Source: Octopus vulgaris (taxonomy: Eukaryota). From it: a stretch of DNA of 64,000 bases. The notes under the pieces are model-generated. The model made no database searches and was not told the origin of the DNA. It saw only the letters and a program-made list of their open reading frames with translations. The stretch spans positions 82,274,001-82,338,000 of the forward strand of contig OX597825.1 in NCBI GenBank assembly GCA_951406725.2. The letters run 5' to 3'. Shown here one piece after another: positions 41,918-54,728 of the stretch. Position 1 is the first letter of the stretch; each line of letters starts with the position of its first letter. The position numbers were made by a program, and so were the translations under genes.

Positions 41918-42545
41918 TGTGTTTGATGGCTACATATTGATTTCGAGCTCGGATGCAGCATTTAAGTCCTTCCAAAGGCCAACAAGCTTTTGCATAAATG
42001 TGGCAACGATGGGAGACTCTTGCAGTAGGTGTCTAGAAATCTTACCGTCCAAGTTGATAAATGCCTTCCTTATATCATGGAGTTTTGGATTCAGCCTTTT
42101 ACATTTCTTGGCTGCTTTCAACCGTAATATGAGCTCTAATTAAACATGTTAATCAATCAATGCTTGTGACTGAAGTTTCTGCAAGTGTAGAAAGGTTTTT
42201 GCATAAGGGTCCATCCTCTCCGAACAAAATCCGTTTGTCCTCAAACAAGAAAATGTCTGCATTATCGGATGCAAATGACGTCGCGATTGTTACACAAGAA
42301 TTTTTTCTTGTAGAGAGCTTCTGAAGAAAGACTAAGGGTTTCGTGCTCCAAATTGCTCGATGGCTGTTGACACAACGAAGTTAGTTCATAAGCCCTTTGA
42401 TAGGCTGTTTCTGGTTCTGCAGGGATTTCAACAAAAACTACCGTAATTATCAAACAGATTTGTTAGGTTTACCGGTTTAGGGTTGCCATGACAGATTGTA
42501 CTGGCTGACATGTTACGAGCAGCACAAAGTATGTCCTGACAACAG

Positions 42546-42611
<66 letters not shown>

Positions 42612-43477
42612 CACACACACATACCCCACCTCAAATGAATGATAAATTATTCATTACATGCTTGAGGTAAGTTTAAGTTTTTGTTGCTGTTCATGTTCTT
42701 GTTAATGTCGTAATTTTCCGGACTATTAACCTATTTACAGAATGCGCCGCTACAATTTACGACAATTTGGCAGTATCATTAGAACACTGGGAATAAGTCT
42801 TTTTGGTAGTCATTCAGACTCTGAGTTCAAATCCCACAACCGTCAATTTTTTTTTGTTTTCATTTTTTTTACAGATTCAATAAATAAAACGTCACAATAC
42901 TTTCACTGACACTTCTCTTCTTAAATTGTACCTGTCATTCAAAAGTTATGAGGATCCTGTTAAGGGCACAGATTTGTCTGCGGAATATACAGCCATTTAG
43001 ACATTAAATCCATGAGTAAGAATTCAGTTGCTCAACCAAGACTTGTGATTGTAATTAGGTAAACGGAAACCGTGTGGAAGACCAGCGAATTCATTGTATC
43101 CTTAATTCAGAGTCAGCCTTGTCTCACACTGAGCGACGCTGGTTCTTTCTGGAAATTACGTCAGGCGGATATGTGAAAAACTGAAAGGTTTGTCGTCGAA
43201 ACCGATGGTGATCCATTCCCTTTGATTTGATTAGCTGTTGGATATAATATCAATGCTGTGATCACTTCTCATTGATAGTCTTACACCTTGTCAAAAGATC
43301 ATTGAACTCTCTTTGATTCCGATTATTTCATTGATGAGGTTATTCGCTCGGATTGCTGAGGCTAACTAAAGGATTTTATCTTTAGATATATCTGGAGTAC
43401 TTATGTGTACTCATGATTTTTGCTTCGGCTTTTTCTCCATGGGCGCATGTAAGTATTTCATTTATTTCTATTCGTTT

Positions 43478-43539
43478 TTTCTACTGACGAGGAAAAAATC
43501 TATTATGAGATTAATTCCGAAATTGATTCAATATAGAAA
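43478..43539 (+). ncRNA. Canonical type-I hammerhead ribozyme fold
   Basis: Helix I TTTCTA/TAGAAA; core CTGACGA; helix II GGAA/TTCC with inner AATCT/AGATT; GAAA; helix III A-TTG-att-CAA-T; AUA cleavage triplet (cut after 43533). Confidence 0.8.
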
Positions 43540-43839
43540 TAAAGAACTTTAAAAAAAAATTCTGTTGGTTAGCTTTCCTCGATTTCAGCAAAACGTACTT
43601 CTGTAGTGGGTATATAATAATATGTGGAAATTGACTATTTAAACATCTGTTATCAGCATATTGGCATAGAAATAATTTTCTGCCATTGTTTATGAGTATT
43701 GTAACTTATAAACAATTTTTTTGCCTTTGTTTATGGAGTTGTTTATAATTTTAACGTTTAAAGGTATTTTAATATGCTGCCAATTTTTCTCGATGGAATT
43801 TTTTCTGTAAAAAAACTTCATCCTATATTAGTAGTAGTA

Positions 43840-43903
<64 letters not shown>

Positions 43904-43905
<2 letters not shown>

Positions 43906-44069
43906 ATTGCAGCGTGGAAGGTGTTTGTAAGCCATTTAAGAAACATACAAAAGCCGTGAACAGGTCGCGGTCTTAAAGCGACGAAAATATTTTGACAAAT
44001 TATACTTGGAGTCGAACGGCTTTTGGGTGTTTCTTAAATGGCTTACAAACACCTTCCACGCTGCAATTG
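43904..44069. mobile_element. Foldback/MITE-like element with 54-bp inverted arms
   Basis: 43904-43957 is the reverse complement of 44016-44069 with 2 mismatches. Confidence 0.85.
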
Positions 44070-45250
44070 TTTTCGTTTCAGCACACGATCTCAGATGAAA
44101 TCACTTGCTATGCAAGTACATCTCCGTAATATATATATATATTCATAAACTTCCATACAATTTTCTGTCTATCAAATTCACTCGCAAGTCATTGATCGAT
44201 CTGAGAGGTGTAGTAGAAAACAATTGCTCAAGGTGCCGCGCTCTCGGACTGAACTTGAGACTACGAGGTTACAAAGCAAACATCTTAACCATTCAGCCAC
44301 GACGAAACGTTCATTGAAATCTTCACGACCTTGAGCAATCTTCTGCCAACGAAGTCTAAAATGATGTACCAGCACCTTCAATATTCAAGTGCTTTTACCT
44401 ACATTATCTTATTCTCTTTCGCCTACTCTCTTGTTAATCTCCTCATTATCCGTTAAGCCCCTCTCACTAATCTCATTTCTGTATACAGATAAGAATTCTG
44501 TCTCTCTTCTCTTAAAATGGTTCATAAAATATTTATTATTTCAAGACAGAGTTTTGTGACACAACAGGTTATTCCTACAAATGATAAATACTTCTGTATG
44601 CGTACTTATTCTTGTATGCATTTATTTGTTTTGGTCATTGGACGTGCGGCCGTGCTGGGGCACCGCTTGGAGATTTAGTCGATCAAATTAACAAAGGGCT
44701 TATTTGAAGTTGGGTGTTTATTCTATCGATCTCTTTTTATCGAACTTAGTTACAGCAGCATTAACAAACACACACCGGGTGTTAAACGGTGAGAAACGAG
44801 CGAAGTCACAAATACACACAAGCCTTACGTAAGGCTTCCTCCCAGTTTCCATCTGCCCCACAAGAAAATGGCTGGTCTGGAGCATTAGTAGATGACGATT
44901 GCCTGGGGCACGCGCTATAGAACAGAACCCTTACATGCGAAGATGAAGTGCGAACTTCTTAACCACAAAGCCATGCTCGCGCCTTTTAGGAATTATTACA
45001 AATTCATGGTTTGAGAAAATATGCACATGATTTAAGTTAATTACAGTTAAAGCTGCTAATTAATTTTTTTTGACTTTACACGATGTCTTAGTGACATCTT
45101 CACGTCTACTAAATAATATCTCTTGTTCAGTTTCGTGTCAGTCTAGGAAACGGCTGGATTTTAGCAAAAAGTTAGCAGTTTTGATAGGAGGGCACGTGAA
45201 TAACATCGGCCCCAGTACTTGAGAGGTACTTTATTTTATCGACCCCAGGA

Positions 45251-45481
45251 AGGTGGCGAGCTGGCAGAAACGTTAGCACGCCGGGCGAAATGCGTAGCCA
45301 TATTTCGTCTGCCATGTGTTCTGAGTTCAAATTCCGCCGAGGTCGACTTTGCTTTTCATCCTTTCGGAGTCGATAAATTAAGTACCAGTTACGCACTGGG
45401 GTCGATGTAATCGACTTAATCTGTTTGTCTGTCCTTGTTTGTCCCCTCTATGTTTAGCCCCTTGTGGGTAATAAAGAAACA
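45251..45481 (+). mobile_element. Full-length SINE A inserted into an older opposite-strand SINE A, ~24-bp TSD
   Basis: AGGTACTWTATTTTATCGACCCCA flanks both sides; the host copy resumes at 45482-45615. Confidence 0.88.
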
Positions 45482-45929
45482 GGTACTATATTTTATCGAC
45501 CCCAATAAAATAGAAGACAAAGTTGACCTCGGTAGAATTTGAACTCAGAACGTAAAGAGCCGCAAGAAATGGTGTTAAGCATTTTATTCGACGCACTATC
45601 GATCCTGCCAGCTCCCTGTCATTAGGAAATCTCTTAAAAAGGACGATCCGACTGGGACAATCCATCTATTATTCAGATATGTAGTATTTAAGACTAGTGT
45701 TTTCAGAAAGCATGGTGTCATTTAAAGAAGGTTTGGCTTCTATTTCTAGCAACTAGAGCGAACACGAACAGGTTTGACACCACTTGATCTTTAAACATAA
45801 AAGAGAAGATTTTTAAAATTAAACTTCGAGTTTTATTTAAGGTTTGAGCTTTAGTTTCCTAATATGAGCAATTTTACACCGCTGCATAACGAAATACCAA
45901 CGAGAAAAAATGTATAATGTATGAGATGA

Positions 45930-46322
45930 ATACCTCTTTCTTTACTACCCACAGGACAAACAAGGACAGACAAACGGATTAAGTCGATTATATCGACCCC
46001 AGTGCGTAACTGGTACTTAATTTATCGACCTCGAAAGGATGAAAGGCAAAGTCGACCTCGGCGGAATTTGAACTCAGAACGTAGCGGCAGACGAAATACC
46101 GCGAAGCATTTCGCCCGGCGTGCTAATGTTTCTTATTTCTATATTGCCCACAAGGGGCTAAACATAGAGAGGACAAACAAGGACAGACAAAGGGATTAAG
46201 TCGATTACATCGAATTAAGGTAAAGTCAATCTCGGCGGAATTTGAGCTCAGAACGTAGCGGCAGACGAAATACCATAAAGCATTTCGCCCAGCGTGATAA
46301 CGTTTCTGCCAGCTCGCCGCCT
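45930..46322 (-). mobile_element. SINE family A dimer flanked by a ~50-bp direct duplication
   Basis: GCATAACGAAATACC...GTATGAGATGAATACC occurs at ~45883-45934 and ~46326-46382. Confidence 0.82.
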
Positions 46323-46785
46323 TTAGCATAACGAAATACCGCCGAGGGGGAAAAAAAAAGTATAAAGTATGAGATGAATACCACAAAGTCACACTTCTGC
46401 CTATAACAAAATCCTATCCTGCGCGTGTTTATTTAAGAAGCTATACTGGAACGAGTTCAAATCTCGAAGGAATATCAATTATGCATGATAACCTTAGAAT
46501 TATAGGTTTAGCATAACGGTATCAGTTAAAACAGCGACTTTAACTTGAGCATAGATCTACTGAAGCAGATCGCGCTAGTTTAATTTCTTCTTTCGTTGCT
46601 ATTATGGCATTTACGGTCACACGCATATTAATATCACTTCGAAAACAATGTCTCTTGTTTCATTCTGAAAAAATATTTTCCGATGCACTCTTTTCCCTAA
46701 TTCACGCGACGCCGCTACCTTTGTACATATTCATACATACTTACATATGGACATATTGATATTTGTATATATATATATATATGAA

Positions 46786-47150
46786 GATGGCGAGCTGGCA
46801 GAATCGTTAGCACGCCGGGCGAAATACTTAGCGGTATTTCGTCTGCCGTTACGTTCTGAGTTCAAATTCCGCCGAGGTCGACTTTGCCTTTCATCTTTTC
46901 GGGGTCGATAAATTAAGTACCAGTTGCATACTGGAGTCGATATAATCGACTGGCACCTTCCCCCAAAGATTTCGGGTCCTGTACCAAGAGTAGAAAAGAA
47001 TATTTGTATATATACGTATATTCCTTAGTTCAAATTCCGCCGAGGTCGACTTTGCCTTTCATTCTTTCGGGGTCGATAAATTAAGTACCAGTTGTGATCG
47101 ACTGGTCCCTTACCCCCAAAATTTCGGCCTTGTGCTTAGAGTAGAAAAGA
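46786..47150 (+). mobile_element. SINE family A, alternative-tail subfamily (one full and one partial copy)
   Basis: Same head and core, with tail CCCCAAAATTTCGG...AGAGTAGAAAAGAA. Confidence 0.87.
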
Positions 47151-47245
47151 ATATATGTGTGCATGTAAGTACGTATGTATATATGTACCTATCTATCTAT
47201 CTACCCATCTATCTATCTATCTATCTCTGTCTATCTATCTATCTG

Positions 47246-47306
<61 letters not shown>

Positions 47307-49092
47307 TTGTCTGTCTGCATGTATACATTTCTCCATTAAAGCTGCAGAAAATATTACAATTACACGCAGTGCGACATTCCTGGAACCGCCGCATTATGAA
47401 GTGTCGGTTATCTCGCTGGGATTCCAATCTTATAACAATATTTAATAGTTTCAGCTTCATTACACTTCACTTATGCAGACGATCCAATCTTTTGAGAAAC
47501 ACGTGGACGACAAAAAGATCTCACTTGAAACAAATAACAAAACCGAGGGCGTGGCCCGACCTCTGTAAGTAATCTCTTATTTAAGCTGTGTGGCATTTGC
47601 CCCGAAGAAAGCAGAAACCCGCAACAAACTCTGGCTCTAAAGTGCTTTATTTCTAAACCACGTTAGAATCACAGCTTGCCCACAGGGCTGATATATAAAT
47701 CCCGTTAAAGCTTCCGGTTAAAGGGAACTCCTGTTTACTTCAAGGCCGTTTCCAGTCTTTAGCAGAAAAATACGGATTTTTTTACTCGACAGATGGCCAT
47801 GTAGCGAACAGAGTGGGTGGTATTTCGCATCTAATCATAAACATTTTGTTCTTCTCGTGATCTTGAGACTCAATTCTGAACAGTCGAGATCGAATTAATC
47901 CAGTCTAAAGTATGCGTCTACTTATGGGCAGTCATTAGAGCAATGTATATATCGTATTGTAGTAATCGTTCCGGCCTTCTATTCTCATAGTTCGAATCTC
48001 ACCAAAGTCAACTTTTTTCGGGATCGATAAATAATGTATCAGATCTGTACAGGGACTGATCGATTTTTCTCTTTCTCTCACTTTTTTGCTCTGTTTCCCC
48101 TCTTCGTGTTTTTCTGAAAGAAATCGATTATATCCGGACCTGAAGACAGATGGGCTACGCCAAGTCTAAAAATACTGTGCTAGACTCACTGTATGCCACG
48201 TTGTCCAACCTGCGAATTTTTTTCCTACGAGAGTTCCGGTCCCCACAGAGTTTACCTTGACCTTGTTGCCAAGTTAACAAACACACTTTACCAAGTAAAC
48301 TCATGACGAAGATCGGCGTTGTAAATCGACCGATTGCCAAGTTTACACCTGGTTTTAGAAGGAGACAGGTAATTAGATAGATTTACCTTTATACCTATTA
48401 TCGGATTTTGTTAGGGCTCCATGTGGTAAAGATGTGGTTGGGAACAATGTGGGAAGAGTGTGATGTGCTAGCAACCCTGTCCCCTTAGTGTTTTAGAAAG
48501 TAAACAACAACACAAATAACTACGCAGAGGCAGCCATGGTTGAAACAAGAACAAGAACAACGAGAGAAAAGCGGCAGGGTCATTCCTTAACCAAGTAACC
48601 TTATCTTATCGCTCATCACTTGTTATGTGCTCACAAATTAGTTTGACAAGTGAATTCTGATTGATTGTATGCAAATAAGTTCATAACTGCGGTCCGGAAC
48701 TCTCGTGGGAAAATATTTCGAGTCCCACCTACAACTCCATCAAGGAACTGACGTTTCGTAATAAGGCAAGTCTTAAGTATAATACTTTTTGCTGAACGAA
48801 GTTTCAGCATTGTGAAATTAATGAGTGTTGATCAGCTCGTCTTGTAGAATACAATTCTTAAACTCTGAGATATGACGCCCTTAACAAGATGGCAGATTAG
48901 TATTTTGGGTGAGTAGCTCCCTGCCATAAAATATGCAACACTGCATAATCCATAAGATGTTGTCTTAAGTTCGTTGGTATTCATAAGAGATGGGTGCTGG
49001 AATTCCACGTCATTAATGTAATTTAGAAAGGTATGAAAGTCACACCATCCTCATTTCTTGCTTTTTATGAATAATAATAATAATAAAATAAT

Positions 49093-49329
49093 AAATGCGC
49101 CCTTTTTAAAGCCTAGCCAGGCTCATGGGCTCGGTTTCCTGGTTTCAATGGCGAATGTGTTCCCCAGTCCATCGCAGCGTTACTCATTTTTGCCAGCTGA
49201 GCGAACTGGAGCAACGTGAAATGAAGTGTTTTGCTCAAGAACACAACGCGTCGCCCGGTCCAGGAATCGAAACCGCAATCTTACATTCATGATGCTGATA
49301 CCCTAACCACTAAGTCACGCGCCTCCACA
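49093..49329 (-). mobile_element. SINE family D
   Basis: tRNA-like head, then TGTTCTTGAGCAAAACACTTCATTTCACGTTGCTCCAG. Degenerate copies lie at ~40380-40600 and ~40950-41085. Confidence 0.8.
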
Positions 49330-50182
49330 CTTTTTTTATAACTAGCAAGAGAAAAATGGTATGCTTCGTATGCGCTGGTTATGAGTTAAAAGTAAGCGAG
49401 TAAGAATAAGTTTATTATAATTCAAGATGGTATATTAACATAAGGCTATTTACATGAGATCTAGTTTTATCATCAAATAACAAATTCATTTTTAAATGTT
49501 TAAAGGACATGTTGCTGAAGGCTCGCAGAGTTGCTACACTTTTCAACACAGAAAATTAAAGCATAATTTGCTATATAACGTATCATTCAGACATATAATA
49601 TATCTGACAAATAGATTTATAATATATAACATGGCGTAAACCATTCGGCCCACGTTTTATTCTATAATTTACTTACCGAAGCTTATCGTCTACAAAATTC
49701 TCACAATATTATATTTCCAAAAATAATTCTTGCGTTTATCGAAGAAAATGTATTTAAAAGTTCATATTCCAGAATCAATGTTTCGTATTTCATTGAAATA
49801 AGATGAAATACAATATCGATTAAATAATCAGTTAATGTTATTGGATAACCCAAAGGCAGTTCTAATCTAGCTGATCTGTGATTAAAGATGCTCTGACCGT
49901 GACTCTCCTGACTTTTTTCTTGCTATTTTGATATCCCAGGTTTCGTTCTCAAACGTATCCCTCTTTTTTAAGACGTTAAGTAATGGTTTGAAGGAGATTT
50001 TGCTGCTTCAAATACTGCGTTGAGGATTTTTTGTTAACTCAATAAAGAGAAAGAAAGATCTACAACATTGAGGTGTATTTCATTGATAATATATATATAT
50101 ATGAGTCGCCAAGATAGATCGGTAGCCACTACACACGTTTTTGTCTCTCCTTGTTTCTCTCTTTGTTTTTTTTTCTGTGTCC

Positions 50183-50218
50183 CTTTCTGTAGAAGAGCGT
50201 AGGGTCGAAACGTAAAAG
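50183..50218 (+). ncRNA. Minimal hammerhead-like fold, CUGU-variant family (element ~50103-50317)
   Basis: CTTT CTGTAGA A GAGC gtag GGTC GAAA C GTA AAAG, with one helix II mismatch. Confidence 0.5.
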
Positions 50219-50414
50219 ACTTTTTCAATTCCTGAGCGTTATACTAATACGTCTCTTTATTTTCTACACTACCTGTCTTCGTCTTTGTTTTTTTTTTTCG
50301 TGAACTCTTCCCCTATATAAATATATAGTAATTCGAATTTAATTATAGTCATGAAACGTACGTAGTGGTTTTATTTATTATATTATATTTATCATTCTTT
50401 TTATACTTTTTGAA

Positions 50415-50458
<44 letters not shown>

Positions 50459-50542
50459 TAATTATATTTATATTATTTGTTATTTATGTATTGTCTTACG
50501 TCTATCACTGTTTGAGTTGCATAATAGTGGTTTTATCTCTAA

Positions 50543-50580
<38 letters not shown>

Positions 50581-50691
50581 TGTTAGGGTACCTCAAAAAT
50601 AATTAATTCCTGTCTAATCTAAGTAAATAGCAAGACTACATAACCACTGACATTCTAAATAATAGAAGGCAACACAAGACCATTTAGCGAA

Positions 50692-50850
50692 ACTATCACA
50701 AAACGCGGATTAGAACCAGCAGGTCGCATACTCTGGTTACCAGAACAACGCCATTCTAGAACAGCTTTCGAATGATCACCGCAGGAGAGGAGAAGAAATA
50801 CAGGAAGAACGAAAACTACATGGCACAGAACATTCACAGAACCGACATGA
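50692..50850 (+). mobile_element. Degraded RTE-type LINE ORF C-terminal fragment
   Basis: ITKRGLEPAGRILWLPEQRHSRTAFE*SPQERRRNTGRTKTTWHRTF resembles the GH.LR...W.P...R..GRP..TW motif. Confidence 0.55.
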
Positions 50851-50942
50851 GAGAGACCATTATCACATGGACTCTCTCTTACATCACACACACACATATA
50901 TATATATATATGTGTTTGTATGAGTGAGTATATATATATATG

Positions 50943-51352
50943 CTCTTTACTTTTTACTCTTTTACATGTTTCAGTCATTTGACTGCGGCCATGCTGGAGC
51001 ACCGCCTTTAGTCGAGCAAATCGACCCCGGGACTTATTCTTTGTAAGCCCAGTACTTATTATATCGGTCTTCTTTTGCCGAACCGCTAAGTGGCGGGGAT
51101 GTAAACACACCGGCATCGGTTGTCAACCAATGCTAGGGGTACAAACACAGACACACAAACACATACATACATATACATATATATACATATATACGACAGG
51201 CTTCTTTCAGTTTCCGTCTACCAAATCCACTCACAAGGCATTGGTCGGCCCGGGGCTATAGCAGAAGACACTTGCCCAAGATGCCGCGCAGTGGGACTGA
51301 ACCCGGAACCATGTGGATGGTTAGCAAGCTACTTACCAACGAGCCACTCCTG
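50943..51352 (-). mobile_element. Near full-length SINE family B
   Basis: tRNA-like head, CCTTGGGCAAGTGTCTT-like core, internal microsatellite and (TAAAAGAG)-type tail. Confidence 0.9.
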
Positions 51353-51356
51353 TGAC

Positions 51357-51461
<105 letters not shown>

Positions 51462-51658
51462 GCATTATAAACATATATACATTATATGTATGTGTGCCCA
51501 TAACAGTTTGGCAACCAGTGTTGGCGCATTTACCTCCTCGTGACTTAGCGCTCCGACAAAAAAGTTCGATAGTATACGTATCGAACTTTAAAAAATGTAT
51601 TTGGGTTGATCCGTTCGACTAAAAATACTTCAAGTCGAAGTTGTATGTACCTCTCTCT

Positions 51659-51712
<54 letters not shown>

Positions 51713-52091
51713 CACACACACACACACACACACACATACGCACACACACGCACACATAATATCATAATATGTATGTATATGTACACTTCTGTAAACACTA
51801 GAAATGATTTTTTCCTGTGGTGGCGAACAGTGTCTATTAAACAATTAAATAAGATATTATAATAGAAGGTTCCAATGGGATTCTGTTCTAGTTGAAACGG
51901 CAAAATGACAAATTTGATAGGTGTTGTGTTGTTATTGGTGTAACCAATCTGTTCGCTATTTTCCAATTTACATTATAGCAAGAGTCAGGTTTCTGTCGAT
52001 GCGATATCTTTGTTTTATAATATAATTTTCAAAAATACGCACAAACACATCCATACGAGCAGACACTACACTCATACGCACGTACACATAT

Positions 52092-52135
<44 letters not shown>

Positions 52136-52312
52136 GCGTGTGTGCGCGTAAGTGTGTAGGTCTGTCAGCTTTTCCGTTGTAAAATTTTGTGTATATATAT
52201 ATGTGTGTGTTTGAGTACGTATGTAAGTATGTATATGAAAATTATACCCACCCTATTAAAAAATATACGAGTGAATATTCTTTTACATGGATCTTTAGGC
52301 AACCATAACATT

Positions 52313-52359
<47 letters not shown>

Positions 52360-52386
52360 TAGATAGATATACATACATACATATAC

Positions 52387-52421
<35 letters not shown>

Positions 52422-52837
52422 CTACATACATACACACACATATATATATATATATCTATGTATTTATGTATGTATGTATATATATGAATATATATACAAC
52501 GCACAGCAATACCTATTATCATGCCAGTGTGTGTGCTGTGCGCGGACACACTCATACACTCACGTGCATATACTTATACTTACAGGCATATTAATGATGG
52601 TACTCTAATTGATAATACAGATGATAAAGCAAGGAATTTATTTTATAAATAATACAAACAACTCCTGAGAACAGTTTACAAAAATACAAATATCAATTAT
52701 ATCCAACACAATTCCGGTTGTGGTAACCCTTTACTTCTAATACGGCTGCATGCTCTCGGGCGATAATCTCTGGTTATTTTCTCTGCCCAACCGGCAATAT
52801 CTTCGCGTAGAAGTCGGGAATTGACGAAGCATCATAT

Positions 52838-53254
52838 ACTCTTTACTCTTTTACTCTTTTACTTGTTTCAGTCATTTGACTGCGGCCATGCTGGAGCACC
52901 GCCTTTAGTCGAGCAACTAGACCCAAGGACTTATTCTTTGTAAGCCCAGTACTTATTCTATCGGGTCTCTTTTGCCGAACCGCTAAGTGACGGGGACATA
53001 AACACGCCAGCATCGGTTGTCAAGCAATGCTAGGGGGGACAAACACAGACACACAAACACACACACACACATATATATATACATATATACGACGGGCTTC
53101 TTTCAGTTTCCGTCTACCAAATCCACTCACAAGGCATTGGTCGGCCCGGGGCTATAGTAGAAGACACTTGCCCAAGGTGCCACACAGTGGGAATGAACCC
53201 GGAACCATGTGGTTGGTTAGCAAGCTACTTACCACACAGCCACTCCTGCGCCTA
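52838..53254 (-). mobile_element. Full-length SINE family B
   Basis: Highly similar to 50943-51352. Confidence 0.92.
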
Positions 53255-54182
53255 TATACTGTAATTCTTTTTTATATCATACTATCATTATCTTAGAAAA
53301 TGGAGGTCATGTCATAAAAACGAATCGGGAGATGAATTCGTTGAGGTTTTCTTTTTCTTCTGTTTGTTACTTCATCGTTATACATTTGCAAAATGGTAAA
53401 ATTTAAACAGGAGTTGCAAAGAAAGAATAGAGACCAGAGAAAAGAAATCTGAGCTATAAATATCTTTCATGCTATTCAAATAACAATGGAAAGGCGCAGC
53501 ACTTTCCTGTTGCTGGCCACCGCGTTCGATTGGCCCCGTTAAATGGAAATAGAGACGAAAAGCAAAGACAATGAAATCTATGTCCAGTTCAAATATTAGT
53601 GCTATCAGCTCTGCCTGGAATCGGTTTGCTTCATCTGCCAGACAAATCTTGAAAGAAATCTTCTGGTTTTCTGCAAGGTACCAACAGATTTATTTAGCTG
53701 AGATGAGGTCTTCTTGAAGGTGAATGAATCCATTGCTGCGTAGACATAAAATTCAGACTGATTTTAAGATGTCAATTCTATAAATTAATAAAAAAAAATT
53801 GATGTACCCAGAAGTGTCTAAAATATTAAAAAGAAGAAATTATGAAAATAAAAGAAACCATCCACGCATCATAATACATAATACAAAGGAATTTGGTATT
53901 TGCAAATAAGCGGCAGGCAATAAGTTGGTTATTTGGTTGTTTCCTATGAGAGTAATCTGGTGGAATTGGTAACACGTCTGTCAATTTGCTTAATGGAATT
54001 TCCTCTACTTTTTGTCTTACGTTCTAAGTTCAAATACCCCTGCGGTCAACTTTGTCTTTCATCCTTTTCGGGGTCGATAAAATATCTACAATTTAAGCAT
54101 GGGGTTCCATGTGATAGACTGTCCCCATCGCCTTAAATTTGTTGGTCTTTTGTCAAAATATGAATTATGGCCATTTGCAAAC

Positions 54183-54728
54183 TCTTTTCTACTCTAAGGA
54201 CAAAGCCCGAATTTTTTGGGGAAGGGGGTCAGTTGATGAGATCAACCCCAGTGCGTAACTGGTACTTAATTTATCCACCCCGAAAGGATGAAAGGCAAAG
54301 TCGACCTCGGCGGAATTTGAACTCAGAACGTAGCGGCAGACGAAATATCGCTAAGCATTTCGCCCAGCGTGCTAACGTTTCTGCCAGCTCGCCACTTTTG
54401 GCCAATTGCAAATTACGAAATATAACGTATCGTACACATGGTCAGAAAGTTGTGCCCAAAGCTCATTCGAGTAGCATTGCGACAGCAGTACTACGAAAGG
54501 CGGCGAGCTGGCAGAAACGTTAGCACGCCGGGCGAAATGCGTAGCCGTATTTCGTCTGTCGCTACGTTGTGAGTTCAAATTCGCTGAGGTCGACTTTGCC
54601 TTTCATCCTTTCGGGGTCGATAAATTAAGTACCAGTTACGCACTGGGGTCGATGTAATCGACTTAATACCTATGTCTGTCCTTGTTTGTCCCCTCTATGT
54701 TTAGTCCCTAGTGGGTAATAAAGAAATA
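54183..54728. mobile_element. Head-to-head inverted pair of SINE A copies (54183-54394 minus; 54499-54728 plus)
   Basis: Each has its own TSD: TGGCCAWTTGCAAA and GTACTACGAAAG. Confidence 0.9.

Noticed and set aside
47685-47720. TATA-like GATATATAAATCCC with a nearby CTTCCGG; also E-box GTCACGTGAT at ~36238 and CCGCCATAT motifs at ~20890 and ~21080
   Set aside because: Short motifs are expected by chance in 64 kb, and there is no independent evidence of a transcription start.
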